Source: Macrostomum lignano
Taxonomy: Eukaryota
DNA length: 64,000 bases
NCBI GenBank assembly: GCA_002269645.1
Contig: NIVC01001500.1
Location: 1-64,000, forward strand
Direction: 5' to 3'
Shown here: positions 10,454 through 24,860 of the stretch, one piece after another
Layout: each line of letters begins with the position of its first letter
Numbering within the stretch: position 1 is the first letter of the stretch
Translations under genes and position numbers: made by a program
The notes under the pieces: generated by a model
What the model was told of the DNA's origin: nothing
Database searches by the model: none
The model's input: only the letters and a program-made list of their open reading frames with translations

Positions 10454-13400
10454 TCACGTCGAAGAAGACGGCAAAGAAGTTCCTTCTGCTCGTTGACGCC
10501 TGCGCAGACGCTGCTCCGGTCTCTGCCATCCGGTCTCCAATTTAATTTGCTCGTAGTTGCATTGCGTAGCGCATTCTCGGAACTCTCGTTGGTCATCAGA
10601 TGCAACAGCCGTTGGTTGCATCGTCGCAGGCGCTGTCGATTTCTCCGCTTCCTCATGCCAGCCAGCAAAGTCGTCAAACACGGTGTCTTGTCGCATCAGC
10701 GCCGAGCTGCGCACTGAGCCGCTTGTTGTTGACGACTTGCGTGCCGATTGTTGCGGCTGCTGCTGAACTGCTGAAACTTGTGATGGATGCAGAATTTGAA
10801 GTGCTCGATGATCTTGTGTGAGCTCATCATATACTTGCGAATTCTGGTGCACGGGTGACTCTTTCTGAATTATTGGTGGTGGCTGTGTCCAAGGTGGAAT
10901 ATCAACATTCGGCTCTCGTTGGTTTAGAGGCTTCCAGAACTCTAGATCATGTTGACCTTCTGATGTTTTTCTAACATCATCTGGCTCTTGTTGAATTTGA
11001 GGAGGATTCCTATTTTTTGTCTCTTTATGATATATTTGATCTTCGGGCGGCTTCCAAATTTCCGGCTCTTGTTGATCTTGAGCTTGAGGAGGCCTCCAAA
11101 TTTCCGGCTCTTGTTGACCTTGAGCTTGAGGAGGCCTCAAAATTTCCGACTCTTGATCTTGAGCTTGAGGAGGCCTCCAAATTTCCGGCTCTTGTTGACC
11201 TTGAGCTTGAGGAGGCCTCAAAATTTCCGACTCTTGTTGATCTTGAGCTTGAGGAGGCCTCCAAATTTCCGGCTCTTGTTGATCTTGAGCTTGGGGAGGT
11301 CTCCAAATTTCCGGCTCTTGTTGACCTCGAGCTTGAGGAGGCCTCCAAAGTTCCGGCTCTTGTTGACCTTGAGCTTGAGGAGGCCTCCAAATTTCCGGCT
11401 CTTGTTGACCTTGAGCTTGAGGAGGCCTCAAAATTTCCGACTCTTGATCTTGAGCTTGAGGAGGCCTCCAAATTTCCGGCTCTTGTTGACCTTGAGCTTG
11501 AGGAGGCCTCAAAATTTCCGACTCTTGTTGATCTTGAGCTTGAGGAGGCCTCCAAATTTCCGGCTCTTGTTGATCTTGAGCTTGGGGAGGTCTCCAAATT
11601 TCCGGCTCTTGTTGACCTTGAGCTTGAGGAGGCCTCCAAAGTTCCGGCTCTTGTTGACCTTGAGCTTGAGGAGGCCTCAAAATTTCCGGCTCTTGTTGAT
11701 CTTGAGCTTGAAGAGGCCTCCAAATTTCCGGCTCTTGTTGATCTTGAGCTTGGGGAGGTCTCCAAATTTCCGGCTCTTGTTGATCTTGAGCTTGGGGAGG
11801 TCTCCAAATTTCCGGCTCTTGTTGACCTTGAGCTTGAGGAGGCCTCCGAATTTCTGGCTCTTGTTGACCTCGAGCTTGAGGAGGCCTAAAAATTTCCGGC
11901 TCTTGTTGACCTTGAGGTGGCTTCCAAATCTTTGGTTTCTGGTGAATCTGTGTAACTATGCAAATCTCTGGCTGTTTTTTATTCTCTAGTGCTCGCTGAG
12001 AGTGTTCAGGCTGCTGCTGCTGTTGCTGCTCTTGCACCTGAACATCGAGTTTGTGACCGCAGCTTACTTCTACTGGTACGAAGTCAATTTTACGCAGTCT
12101 CTCCTGTTCTTGAAACACAGCAGAGGCATCTGATAAGCAGAAACTGGTAGTGGCAGCTTCACTTGGTACGGGGGATGGAGAGCGTCGAACCACCTGCACA
12201 AGCCCCATAGTGCGTCGCTGCTGCTGTGGCTGCGATGAATTTGTGCCGGCCTGTGCCGACAAAGTCTTGTTCCTACTCTGTGACAGCATACGGTCCTGTT
12301 GGATATAGTGAATGAAAATCAGATCTGATAAGTTTTAGGCCCAGTAGTAAACTCCCGACTCCTAACTCCACCTTTCTTATTGTCGCTATAAAATTTATAT
12401 AATAAACTCACATTTGCTACTCCCGTCGGACCGAACTGCTTCCATTGCTTCTGCTGCTGTTGCTTTCGCCCCGTCGACGTTGACCCTGATGACTTAGAAT
12501 TCGACGTCGTAGACGATAGTGACGGCTCAGTGAGACATTGCTGCCGGCGGATTCTCGGAGGGCAGCCAGAAACAGTCATGCTGCAGCTGCTTTTGCCATA
12601 GCCAAAGTCGCTAGTATCGTCGCGGCCCCAGGACAGCAGGGCGAGTTTGCTGCGCAGTTGGCGCAGCTTGTCAATATTAGCGCTGCCGAGGCCTTCGTCT
12701 AACAAACGGAGATCGTTAAGCTGCGAGAGCGGATCCGCTGAGCGGGCGTACACGGTGAACGGACTGCCGTTGACGTGGTTGCCCTGGTAGCAAACAGACA
12801 CCTCGTGAACGCCGTCGGTGCTGGGGTACCACACGATCTTGAGGTAAGCAGGGGAAACAAGAAAAATATCAGTTTGAAGTCTTGCACTCTATTTCCACCA
12901 AAGCCTTTCGAATCAGTCGCTTATTATGAATGTACGAGCTATTTACCAAATTTTAGCAAATTATAGAACCAATCAATATCATTTGCTGTCAATAATTGCA
13001 AGCTGAAGAGTTGGAGAATTATTTTTCACTTGTAAGGTAAAGACGCTTACCTGAATCCGGTCGCTGCTCAAGTACAGCATATTCACTGTCAGGTTGTTGC
13101 CCGGCTCATCTTGGCCAATCGGAGCAGCAGCGACGCTGTTACCGGCTGTTTGCGCGCCTTTCCATCTGCTGCTCGGACTCCGATAGGCCGGCAGGCGGTT
13201 CAACCGGAACGCCGACGCCTGCGGGCCGCGGATCTCTAGTCGGACGGAGCAGCCGCTGATTTGTCCACGACCTGACGCGCCATCGGGGCCACATGGGCTC
13301 ACCGTCGGCAGCTGGATCGTGAACTTGGCCGGCCGACCGACCACCGCTGATTGCAAGCCGATGCCGTGGGCCGAGCACTGGCGCACCAACTGGCGGATCG

Positions 13401-14352
13401 CCCGATAGCCTAACGCATCGTCGTCGTCATCTTCGTTATCATCGGAGTTGTCTCGATCTTTGCTGTCGTTGTGCCTGGCGTTATTGACTCTCTGTTCGCC
13501 GAAGGCTCTCCTGCGTTGATGATGCTCTTGCTGTTGCTGCAGCTGCTGTAGTGACAGCAAGTCCGGTGATCGGACATTTTCAGCTTGGTGGCGGATCATC
13601 AGCACCAGCTGGTAGACTTTGAAGTCGCTGGCTGACTGGGACATCTCCGTCGGCGTCACCACGCCCTTTAGGAATGGAAACAGGATCAAATTTTTAAAGG
13701 ACGGTCTTCACTCGAACTGTGTTTAGGTTTTATTGAAAAGCCGCATCTTTGGCTGCTGTAAGGAGGTGCCAAAACCTTTTAAAAAAGGGCGTGACATACT
13801 TTTGCCTGTGTCTTTAAACATTATAATTCAAATAAATTGTTTACACCCGCTCTAATTGGGCCAGATGTGCAACCGACAGCTCAGCCGCAGCTATTGCGCA
13901 GCACATCTGAAGGATCCGTACGGCTGGTCATTCTGAGGACTGGGGGTCGCCACAGACCCTCAATTACCCCAGTTAATGCTGGCACCCATTTTACAGCTGG
14001 GTGAACGGAAGCAATGCAGAATAAAGTGTCTTGCTCAAGGACACAACTTGTTCCAGTGGGATCGGGAATCGCTGCAACCCCCTATAAAACAAAATATGTG
14101 CAAATAATTGAATCTGCTCCCACACCTGAGGCAGCCGCAGGTGCTTGCAGGCGAGCCGCAGCCCGAGCTCGCAGTTGGTCACCCGCTGCGAAGGCTTTAG
14201 TGAGGTGTAGGGCGGGCAGCAGCCAGGCCGGAGGGCCTCCATCAGGGCGCACAGGGTGATGCCGTCAGCCCAGCAGGTAGAAAAATTGTGCACAGTGAAG
14301 TAAGGCAACTGGGCCTGAGCCCACTCCAGTAGCTGAGCCCGCTGCTGCCGTT
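10454..14352 (-). CDS. Short filamin-like protein: calponin-homology domain, one filamin Ig repeat, Q/P-rich 13-aa repeat tail (5' end not resolved)
   Basis: Exons 14352-14126 (LLEWAQAQLP...NFSTCWADGITLCALMEALRPG; CH2-like), 13665-13051 (CSAHGIGLQSAVVGRPAKFTI), 12837-12412 (IVWYPSTDGVHEVSVCYQGNHVNGSPFTV; filamin repeat end), 12295-10454 (QEPEIWRPPQAQ[D/G] repeats, TGA). All junctions are GT-AG and phase 0. Confidence 0.8.
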
Positions 14353-16171
14353 CTGCAGTAGATTTCGACAGACAGGTATTGACGCGGCAGCATTGAATTG
14401 GTACCTCCCTTTTTAGAAAATGGGCAACCTTTTTGTAAGATTTTCTTTGTTTCTTGGAAAATAGTTGATCGACGAAGGCTTGCAATTCTTTTTTTAACAA
14501 AGAAATAGAGCAGGAAAGATTTATAGCTACGGAGCGGAAGTCTTATAACAAAGAATTTAAGTTGTGCTAGCGCAGACACTTGACACATGATTTTATTGAT
14601 ACGCGTTGATCTGTCAGATTAGATTTTTTTATTTGGTAAGATACTACTTAATTATAGAAAATTCTTGTACACTACTTCTCTACTTTGTACTCGTAAGCTC
14701 GAAACTTTACAAGCGGTCGTATCGTTGAAAAGTCTTCTGTGTCCGTTCATCCATCCATCCAAAATGTGCTAAGATCTGAACATTGGACGAATTCACAAAC
14801 TGGAAATTTAGAATTTAGAGATTTCTGTAAGTGTAACGTGCCGTGGCTAAGGAGTTGTAAGGATTAAAATATTCCGAAAACATGCTTTTTCGCAAAGAGA
14901 AATTCTAAGCAGAACTTTTGACTATAAATGCACTACGAACCATTTTGTTTTGATGATTACATCATAAGGCAGTGTCAGTAAATTAGCTTTTAATTAATTG
15001 CATAACCATATTAACGCAGCGTGGCAGCATATCACAAGACTCCATTGCACCTTAGACTTGATTTATATTGTGCAACATGCATATTTTGAACTGTAATGGA
15101 AAACGATACTGACTAAGAAATTGATTACGTCATAACTGCTTCCTGTGATTTTACTCTAACCGACTTGATGTGAGACCTAATTTATGAGTGCTGCCCGCAA
15201 TGCATAATCATGAATTGACTGAAAGCTAGCCTAGGTGTAAACAGGTTGAGTTCACAGCAGACATAACGAAAGGGAAGAAAGGAAGCGTCATGTCAACCAT
15301 AAAATATGTATGTCAACTTTAAAAGAATCAACTACATGTTCATCTCTTGGGTTAGGGTTCAACCATTGAATCGCCCTGTCTAAAATGAAGCAATCATGGG
15401 GGAGCTGCTCAAATTCCAATGCTAATTGGGGGGGGGGGGTTGCTGAAATGTCAAGACTCATGGGAAATTGCTGAGATATCAAGGGCCGAAGCTAGGGGTG
15501 CTGATATCTTAGGCTAGTAGATCGGAGGATGCTTTTTGCTTTAAACATCATTTTCGTTAAGAAACTAACGATAAAAGGTGAAAAACTTCAAGTAGCTAGT
15601 TTATTAAAATAATTCCTTTCTTCTTTGCCTCCCCCAGATTGCTAGTCACTTTTTATAGCTCAAAAATTCTCTAATGCTCACTTTTACCGTAGCTAGTATC
15701 AAAGTTCCAAAGCCACTCTAGCTATGAAGTTTTTCATTTTTAAAAATAAAAGACTCTTTAAAGTCAAGCACGCATTGAGTGGCAGATAGCCCCAGACAGG
15801 TTGACCTCCTCGACTGTCCTTGGGAGCTCGGATCAACGAACCCTCCCCAACATGGTCCGAGCGATCAACTTCATCGATCGCTTTTCGTTCCCGGTTGGTA
15901 TTTTTTCATATGCATAAGGAAAACGTAGCAAAGCTAACTAAAGGCAAGTAGAGCACGAAGATTGGCGTTTGACGACATTGCTGTGGACCATAAAGTTTGA
16001 GCTTTAGCTTTTCTGCTTGTGGCTGGGTAATCATAAAAACAAACTTCTATTATATTGCGGTGCATTGCTGGTGAGGCAAACCAGCACCAGACAGAGTGAC
16101 CTCTGAGTTATTGCATTTTTTATTGTGGAATTTTCCATAGCTAGTGGATAAAGATACACTGCGTGCAAAAA

Positions 16172-16725
16172 CCAATGAGATGCCCACCTCAAAACGGATG
16201 AGATGCCCACCTCAAAACGGACGAGATGCCCACCTCAAAACGGATGAGATGCCCACCTCAAAACGGATGAGATGCAGACCTCAAAACGGACGAGATGCCC
16301 ACCTCAAAACGGACGAGATGCCCACCTCAAAACGGACGAGATGCCCACCTCAAAACGGATGAGATGCAGACCTCAAAACGGACGAGATGCCCACCTCAAA
16401 ACGGACGAGATGCCCACCTCAAAACGGACGAGATGCCCACCTCAAAACGGACGAGATGCCCACCTCAAAACGGATGAGATGCCCACCTCAAAACGGATGA
16501 GATGCCCACCTCAAAACGGATGAGATGCAGACCTCAAAACGGACGAGATGCCCACCTCAAAACGGATGAGATGCCCACCTCAAAACGGATGAGATGCCCA
16601 CCTCAAAACGGATGAGATGCCCAACTCAAAACGGATGAGATGCCCACCTCAAAACGGATGAGATGCAGACCTCAAAACGGATGAGATGCCCACCTCAAAA
16701 CGGACGAGATGCGTAACTCAAAAAA
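16172..16725. repeat. 23-bp minisatellite (GATGAGATGCCCACCTCAAAACG)n, ~24 copies
   Basis: Period 23 is directly visible. Confidence 0.93.
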
Positions 16726-17213
16726 GTGGATGCATTTGTCCGAAACAGACAGCAAGCTCTACTAAATCAGCTTGTCTAAAGCTTTTAGTGATTCTGCATT
16801 TTTATTCACTGAAAAACACTCAACACTGAATTATCAGCCTGGATCTTCGGATAGTTTGCCAGCTAATTGCCTCTCAGTCATTTCCGATTCCGTACTATGC
16901 AAAAGTTTTGTTCTCCAAGACAAACTGTGAAAAGCACTAGCTGGACAGCTAGTGTTTTAGACCTCTGGGCCAATCGGCAGAGTCGTTTCGCAACGCTCAC
17001 TTATTGAGCGGAGACCTTTCTCGATGATAATGCACCTGCTGGTTGTGGAGAAGACTACCCCGCCCATGTTTACCCACCTCCGCACCCCCCCATTATGGCC
17101 GGGAGTTTCGGAACAAAGATAAAAAGACTGAAGAGGATCGGCAAAGTCAGTGCTTCAACCTTCTCGAGTCAAGTGTCAAGGCTGATTTCTCCTTTAACTC
17201 TCGTCACCCAACA

Positions 17214-19585
<2,372 letters not shown>

Positions 19586-19958
19586 TGATGAAGAACTGAC
19601 AAAATTTCAAACTATAAACACTTTTTGGTGCGAGAATCTCCTTTAAATTATTTAATCACTCTCGAAACATTATTTCTCCTCAATTGGTAATCCTATCGGA
19701 AAGACAAGATTGACATCAGGATAGGTACCTGAATGAGACAAGAGTTCGTATACTGAAAGTTGCTGGAAGTATGTACACTGTGGTGGTTGATCTTCCTTGA
19801 CATGACACCTCAAGATTAATAATAAACTCGCAAAAGCAAGCGTCTGCTGCACATTGTGTTTATCTGTCTTCTTCCCTACTCGGAATGGCCGGTGCTGCAT
19901 GACCTGACGATTAGAAAGTGAGATTGCAATAGATCTGCGCCCGTGTGCCTTCCCAGGA

Positions 19959-19991
19959 AACTAACTAACTAACTAACTAACTAACTGACTG

Positions 19992-20050
<59 letters not shown>

Positions 20051-20123
20051 GACTGACTAACTAACTAACTGACTGACTAACTAACTAACTAACTAACTAA
20101 TTAACTAACTAACTAACTAACTG

Positions 20124-20165
<42 letters not shown>

Positions 20166-20190
20166 CAACTAACTAACTAACTAACTAACC

Positions 20191-20239
<49 letters not shown>

Positions 20240-20274
20240 ACTAACTAACCAACTAACTAACCAACTAACTAACC

Positions 20275-20305
<31 letters not shown>

Positions 20306-20322
20306 CAACTAACTAACTAACC

Positions 20323-20367
<45 letters not shown>

Positions 20368-20402
20368 ACTAACTAACCAACTAACTAACCAACTAACTAA
20401 CC

Positions 20403-20437
<35 letters not shown>

Positions 20438-20438
20438 C

Positions 20439-20482
<44 letters not shown>
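19959..20482. repeat. (CTAA)n microsatellite with CCAA/CTGA variants
   Basis: Directly visible. Confidence 0.95.
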
Positions 20483-20518
20483 TACTAAAGCTAGCACTAA
20501 CTTGCACTCGCAGCTCAC

Positions 20519-20797
20519 CTGAAGTGAAGACGCTCCGAATCCGATAGAACACAGGCGGTTGGTAAACAAGCTGACCGTCCTTGGTGCGCGTGTGGCAGCT
20601 CTGCCTGCTAGCCAGGTACCTCAGCGGCTGACTGGCGGCTCCTAGCAGAGCCCAAAGCGCCGCGGCTAGCAATTGGAACAGCCGGCGGGAACCGCTGAGC
20701 AGCAGGCTGCGTACTGAGGTTAGTCGGTTTCGTGGCGCATCTGCGATGTGGTGGTGGTGGCAGTGGGGGAGTTTCGAGCGTAGAGTTGAACGGTATG
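20519..20797 (-). CDS. Candidate internal coding exon (93 codons, phase 1-1), possibly an upstream exon of the filamin-like gene
   Basis: Acceptor TCTCTTACAG, donor TCAG/GTGAGC, GC-rich and stop-free (YRSTLRSKLP...VYQPPVFYRIRSVFTS). The terminal G joins AA of the CH exon at 14352 to give GAA in frame. Confidence 0.45.
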
Positions 20798-21056
20798 CTG
20801 TAAGAGATCGCCTACTGACAAGTAGTTAGACAAGAATCATGCGAAGCGATTCTGATTTTCAAATACTGCACGATCGCGGCCTCAAAGATCGAGTAAGTCA
20901 TCGAGCGAGCGTCACTGTAGTGTGACTAGTGAAAGAACGGAGTGTGCTGGGACGAACGTTGAGTCTTGTTAGGTGGGCTGATCGATCAAACGATGAATAA
21001 TAAGCATACCATCAGAGTGGGGGAGATATTTCCACATTTATAAGTGGATTTATGTA

Positions 21057-23354
21057 GGCAGCATGGGAATATTCTGCAGGAAGTTTTCCCGCAGGAGGTT
21101 TTCTCGCCCGCAAGGTTTTTCCAGTCAGAATTTCAAGTCAAATCAAGTCTATAGACAATGCTGGGTTAGATTAGAACTAGCCTAGACTAGACTAGACTAG
21201 ACTAGAATAGACATAAACTAGACTAGATGGAAAACTAGACTAGATTACAAACTAGACTAGATTACAAACTAAACTAGATTACAAACTAAACTAGATTACA
21301 AGCTAGACTAGATTACAAACTAAACTAGATTACAAACTAAACTAGATTACAAACTAAACTAGATTACAAGCTAGACTAGATTACAAACTAAACTAGATTA
21401 CAAACTAAACTAGATTACAAACTAAACTAGATTACAAACTAAACTAGATTACAAGCTAGACTAGATTACAAACTAAACTAGATTACAAACTAAACTAGAT
21501 TACAAACTAAACTAGATTACAAGCTAGACTAGATTACAAACTAAACTAGATTACAAACTAGACTAGATTACAAACTAAACTAGATTACAAACTAAACTAG
21601 ATTACAAACTAAACTAGATTACAAGCTAGACTAGATTACAAACTAAACTAGATTACAAACTAAACTAGATTACAAACTAAACTAGATTACAAACTAAACT
21701 AGATTACAAGCTAGACTAGATTACAAACTAAACTAGATTACAAACTAAACTAGATTACAAACTAAACTAGATTACAAACTAAACTAGATTACAAACTAAA
21801 CTAGATTACAAACTAAACTAGATTACAAACTAAACTAGATTACAAACTAAACTAGATTACAAACTAAACTAGATTACAAACTAAACTAGATTACAAACTA
21901 AACTAGATTACAAGCTAGACTAGATTACAAACTAAACTAGATTACAAGCTAGACTAGATTACAAACTAAACTAGATTACAAGCTAGACTAGATTACAAAC
22001 TAAACTAGATTACAAACTAAACTAGATTACAAACTAAACTAGATTACAAACTAAACTAGATTACAAACTAAACTAGATTACAAACTAAACTAGATTACAA
22101 ACTAAACTAGATTACAAGCTAGACTAGATTACAAACTAAACTAGATTACAAGCTAGACTAGATTACAAACTAAACTAGATTACAAGCTAGACTAGATTAC
22201 AAACTAAACTAGATTACAAACTAAACTAGATTACAAACTAAACTAGATTACAAACTAAACTAGATTACAAACTAAACTAGATTACAAACTAAACTAGATT
22301 ACAAACTAAACTAGATTACAAACTAAACTAGATTACAAACTAAACTAGATTACAAACTAAACTAGATTACAAACTAAACTAGATTACAAGCTAGACTAGA
22401 TTACAAACTAAACTAGATTACAAGCTAGACTAGATTACAAACTAAACTAGATTACAAACTAAACTAGATTACAAACTAAACTAGATTACAAACTAAACTA
22501 GATTACAAACTAAACTAGATTACAAACTAAACTAGATTACAAACTAAACTAGATTACAAACTAAACTAGATTACAAACTAAACTAGATTACAAACTAAAC
22601 TAGATTACAAACTAAACTAGATTACAAGCTAAACTAGATTACAAACTAAACTAGATTACAAGCTAGACTAGATTACAAACTAAACTAGATTACAAGCTAG
22701 ACTAGATTACAAACTAAACTAGATTACAAACTAAACTAGATTACAAACTAAACTAGATTACAAACTAAACTAGATTACAAACTAAACTAGATTACAAACT
22801 AAACTAGATTACAAGCTAGACTAGATTACAAACTAAACTAGATTACAAACTAAACTAGATTACAAACTAAACTAGATTACAAACTAAACTAGATTACAAA
22901 CTAAACTAGATTACAAGCTAGACTAGATTACAAACTAAACTAGATTACAAGCTAGACTAGATTACAAACTAAACTAGATTACAAACTAAACTAGATTACA
23001 AACTAAACTAGATTACAAACTAAACTAGATTACAAACTAAACTAGATTACAAACTAAACTAGATTACAAGCTAGACTAGATTACAAACTAAACTAGATTA
23101 CAAGCTAGACTAGATTACAAACTAAACTAGATTACAAACTAAACTAGATTACAAACTAAACTAGATTACAAGCTAGACTAGATTACAAACTAAACTAGAT
23201 TACAAACTAAACTAGATTACAAACTAAACTAGATTACAAACTAAACTAGATTAAAAACTGCGGGCGGGAAAACCTCCTGCGGGAAAACCTCGACGGGAAA
23301 ACCTCCTGCGGGAAAACCTCGACGGGAAAACTTCCTGCGGTAAATTCTCATACC
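21057..23354. mobile_element. Non-autonomous TIR element enclosing a 2-kb satellite
   Basis: Left arm ...CTGCAGGAAGTTTTCCCGCAGGAGGTTTTCTCGCCCGC is the inverse of the right arm GCGGGCGGGAAAACCTCCTGCGGGAAAA...CTTCCTGCGG. 8-bp TSD TTTATGTA at 21049-21056 and 23355-23362. Ends are GG...CC. Confidence 0.7.
21241..23253. repeat. 17-bp satellite (AAACTAAACTAGATTAC / AAGCTAGACTAGATTAC), ~118 copies
   Basis: Period 17, two variants, very homogeneous. Confidence 0.95.
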
Positions 23355-23559
23355 TTTATGTACGTATAGACCCTTTATGTACGTATAGACCCTTTATGTA
23401 CGTACTGTGCGCAAAGGTGGATGTACATATATATTGGGGCTCGTTTGAGCACTAGATCTCTCCTCGAGCGGATTAATGACAAGGAGATAAAAGTGAACTT
23501 CTTGGCGTTGTCACAGTAGCCGCTGAGACAGAGTGGTGGAATCTCAGGCAGAGGAATTT

Positions 23560-24450
23560 CAGAAAGCTGCTTCAGTTGTTGGTCGCGCCACGTCCACTCT
23601 GCCCCGTGCTTTGTCAGGTCCCGGAGCGGCCGTGCCCTATCGGACAGGTTGCTAATGAAACGAGCGACAAAGGTAATAAGACCGAGGAAGGACCGCGGAT
23701 CTCGGTGGCGTTGGTCGGTCTTTTGAAGCAGTTAATGGCCGCCACCTTCTCCGTGCTGGCATGTATGAATTCCAGCTGCGGTTAGACGCATGGCGAGGAA
23801 GTAGACTGCTTGCTGTGCGAACCTGCACTTCGCCGGGTTGAGGGTTGTCGTCGTGTACCTAGCGCACACCGGAGAGTTCGCTCAGAACAATCGTCATCAC
23901 GCGCTGTCACGTGTAGCCCATGACGAAGCGTCTCAGTCGCATGCATAAGGCCTAGTGGCGTTGAGAAGCTGAGGAGCTCCCGATCGAATCTTCGGCCACC
24001 TCGATTTGGTGGAAGGCATTGACGACATCCAACTGTGGATTCAGCCACCTCGTCAGTAAACTTGGGAATCGCAAATTTGCTGACCTCGCGAAGATCCTGG
24101 GTGATGCGGATCCGTCCTTTGGAACAGCCAATGATGCACTGAACAACCTGTTCTTCTTGCTCTTTTTCGACGGCGTCTCTGAGGTGCACTGGTACCTCTG
24201 AGGACGCCGCCGCCAGCCTGATGCGTCGGCCCACGAGCCCCCTTGAAAGACCAGCAGCAAGTGCATCCGCTGCGGAGAGTCTGCTGTACACCGAAACTGC
24301 AACAATGCGCAGGGCAAGAAGTGCAATTGATGAACCACCTCGCTAAGGTGCATCAACGCACTTGGCCCTGACTTGCACGAGCCGACTGACCGGTCATTTG
24401 AGGAGGCGTCCTGGAAGACAACATCGGGAGTGCAAACAAAGTTCATCATC
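23560..24450 (-). mobile_element. Degenerate Ty3/Gypsy pol relic (RT region)
   Basis: Minus-strand pieces VPVHLRDAVEKE, VPKDG, IRITQDLREVSK, LDVVNAFHQIEVAEDS, LLSFSTPLG, GVR*VHDD, FLAMRLTAAGIH, FKRPTNATEIR, SFLGLITFVARFISNLSDRARPLRDLTK align with the pol at 46674-48790. Multiple frameshifts and stops. Confidence 0.85.
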
Positions 24451-24860
24451 AGCATCAACGGCCAAGAATTCCGGTTGCGTAACTTGCATCTGCGATCGGA
24501 GAGAAATGGCTCACTAACTCAGCGCGTATACTTTTCAATATCCGTGAGTTTATACATGTAATTGCGTTTCAACTTGCTGAGAAGTAAGTCTTACTGATGC
24601 GCATCTGCAATACGGTCATTAGATTGTATGGATGTGATAGATGATGATGTGGATGCAAATCATTGGCCAGCTACCCAGTGAGCATCGGGAGCTGTGGTAT
24701 CTCTTGCTATATAGTCTTCTATATTATAGCCAGTAACTATAGAGATAGTATCGCTGTTATTGGAAGTCCTAAAAGTAAATTTCCAAAAGCTCACACTTAT
24801 TATCTGCTATAATTATCCAGAGCCTGCATCAAGTGAATTCAACCGATTCCAAAGCTCTTA

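Noticed and set aside
19715-19903. Possible minus-strand exon (ORF 19670-19900)
   Set aside because: Has AG/GT boundaries but low coding-like composition, and its phase is incompatible with the 20519 exon; unsupported.
24250-24330. Zinc-finger-like CIRCGESAVHRNC on the plus strand
   Set aside because: Lies antisense within the Gypsy pol relic and is bounded by stops.
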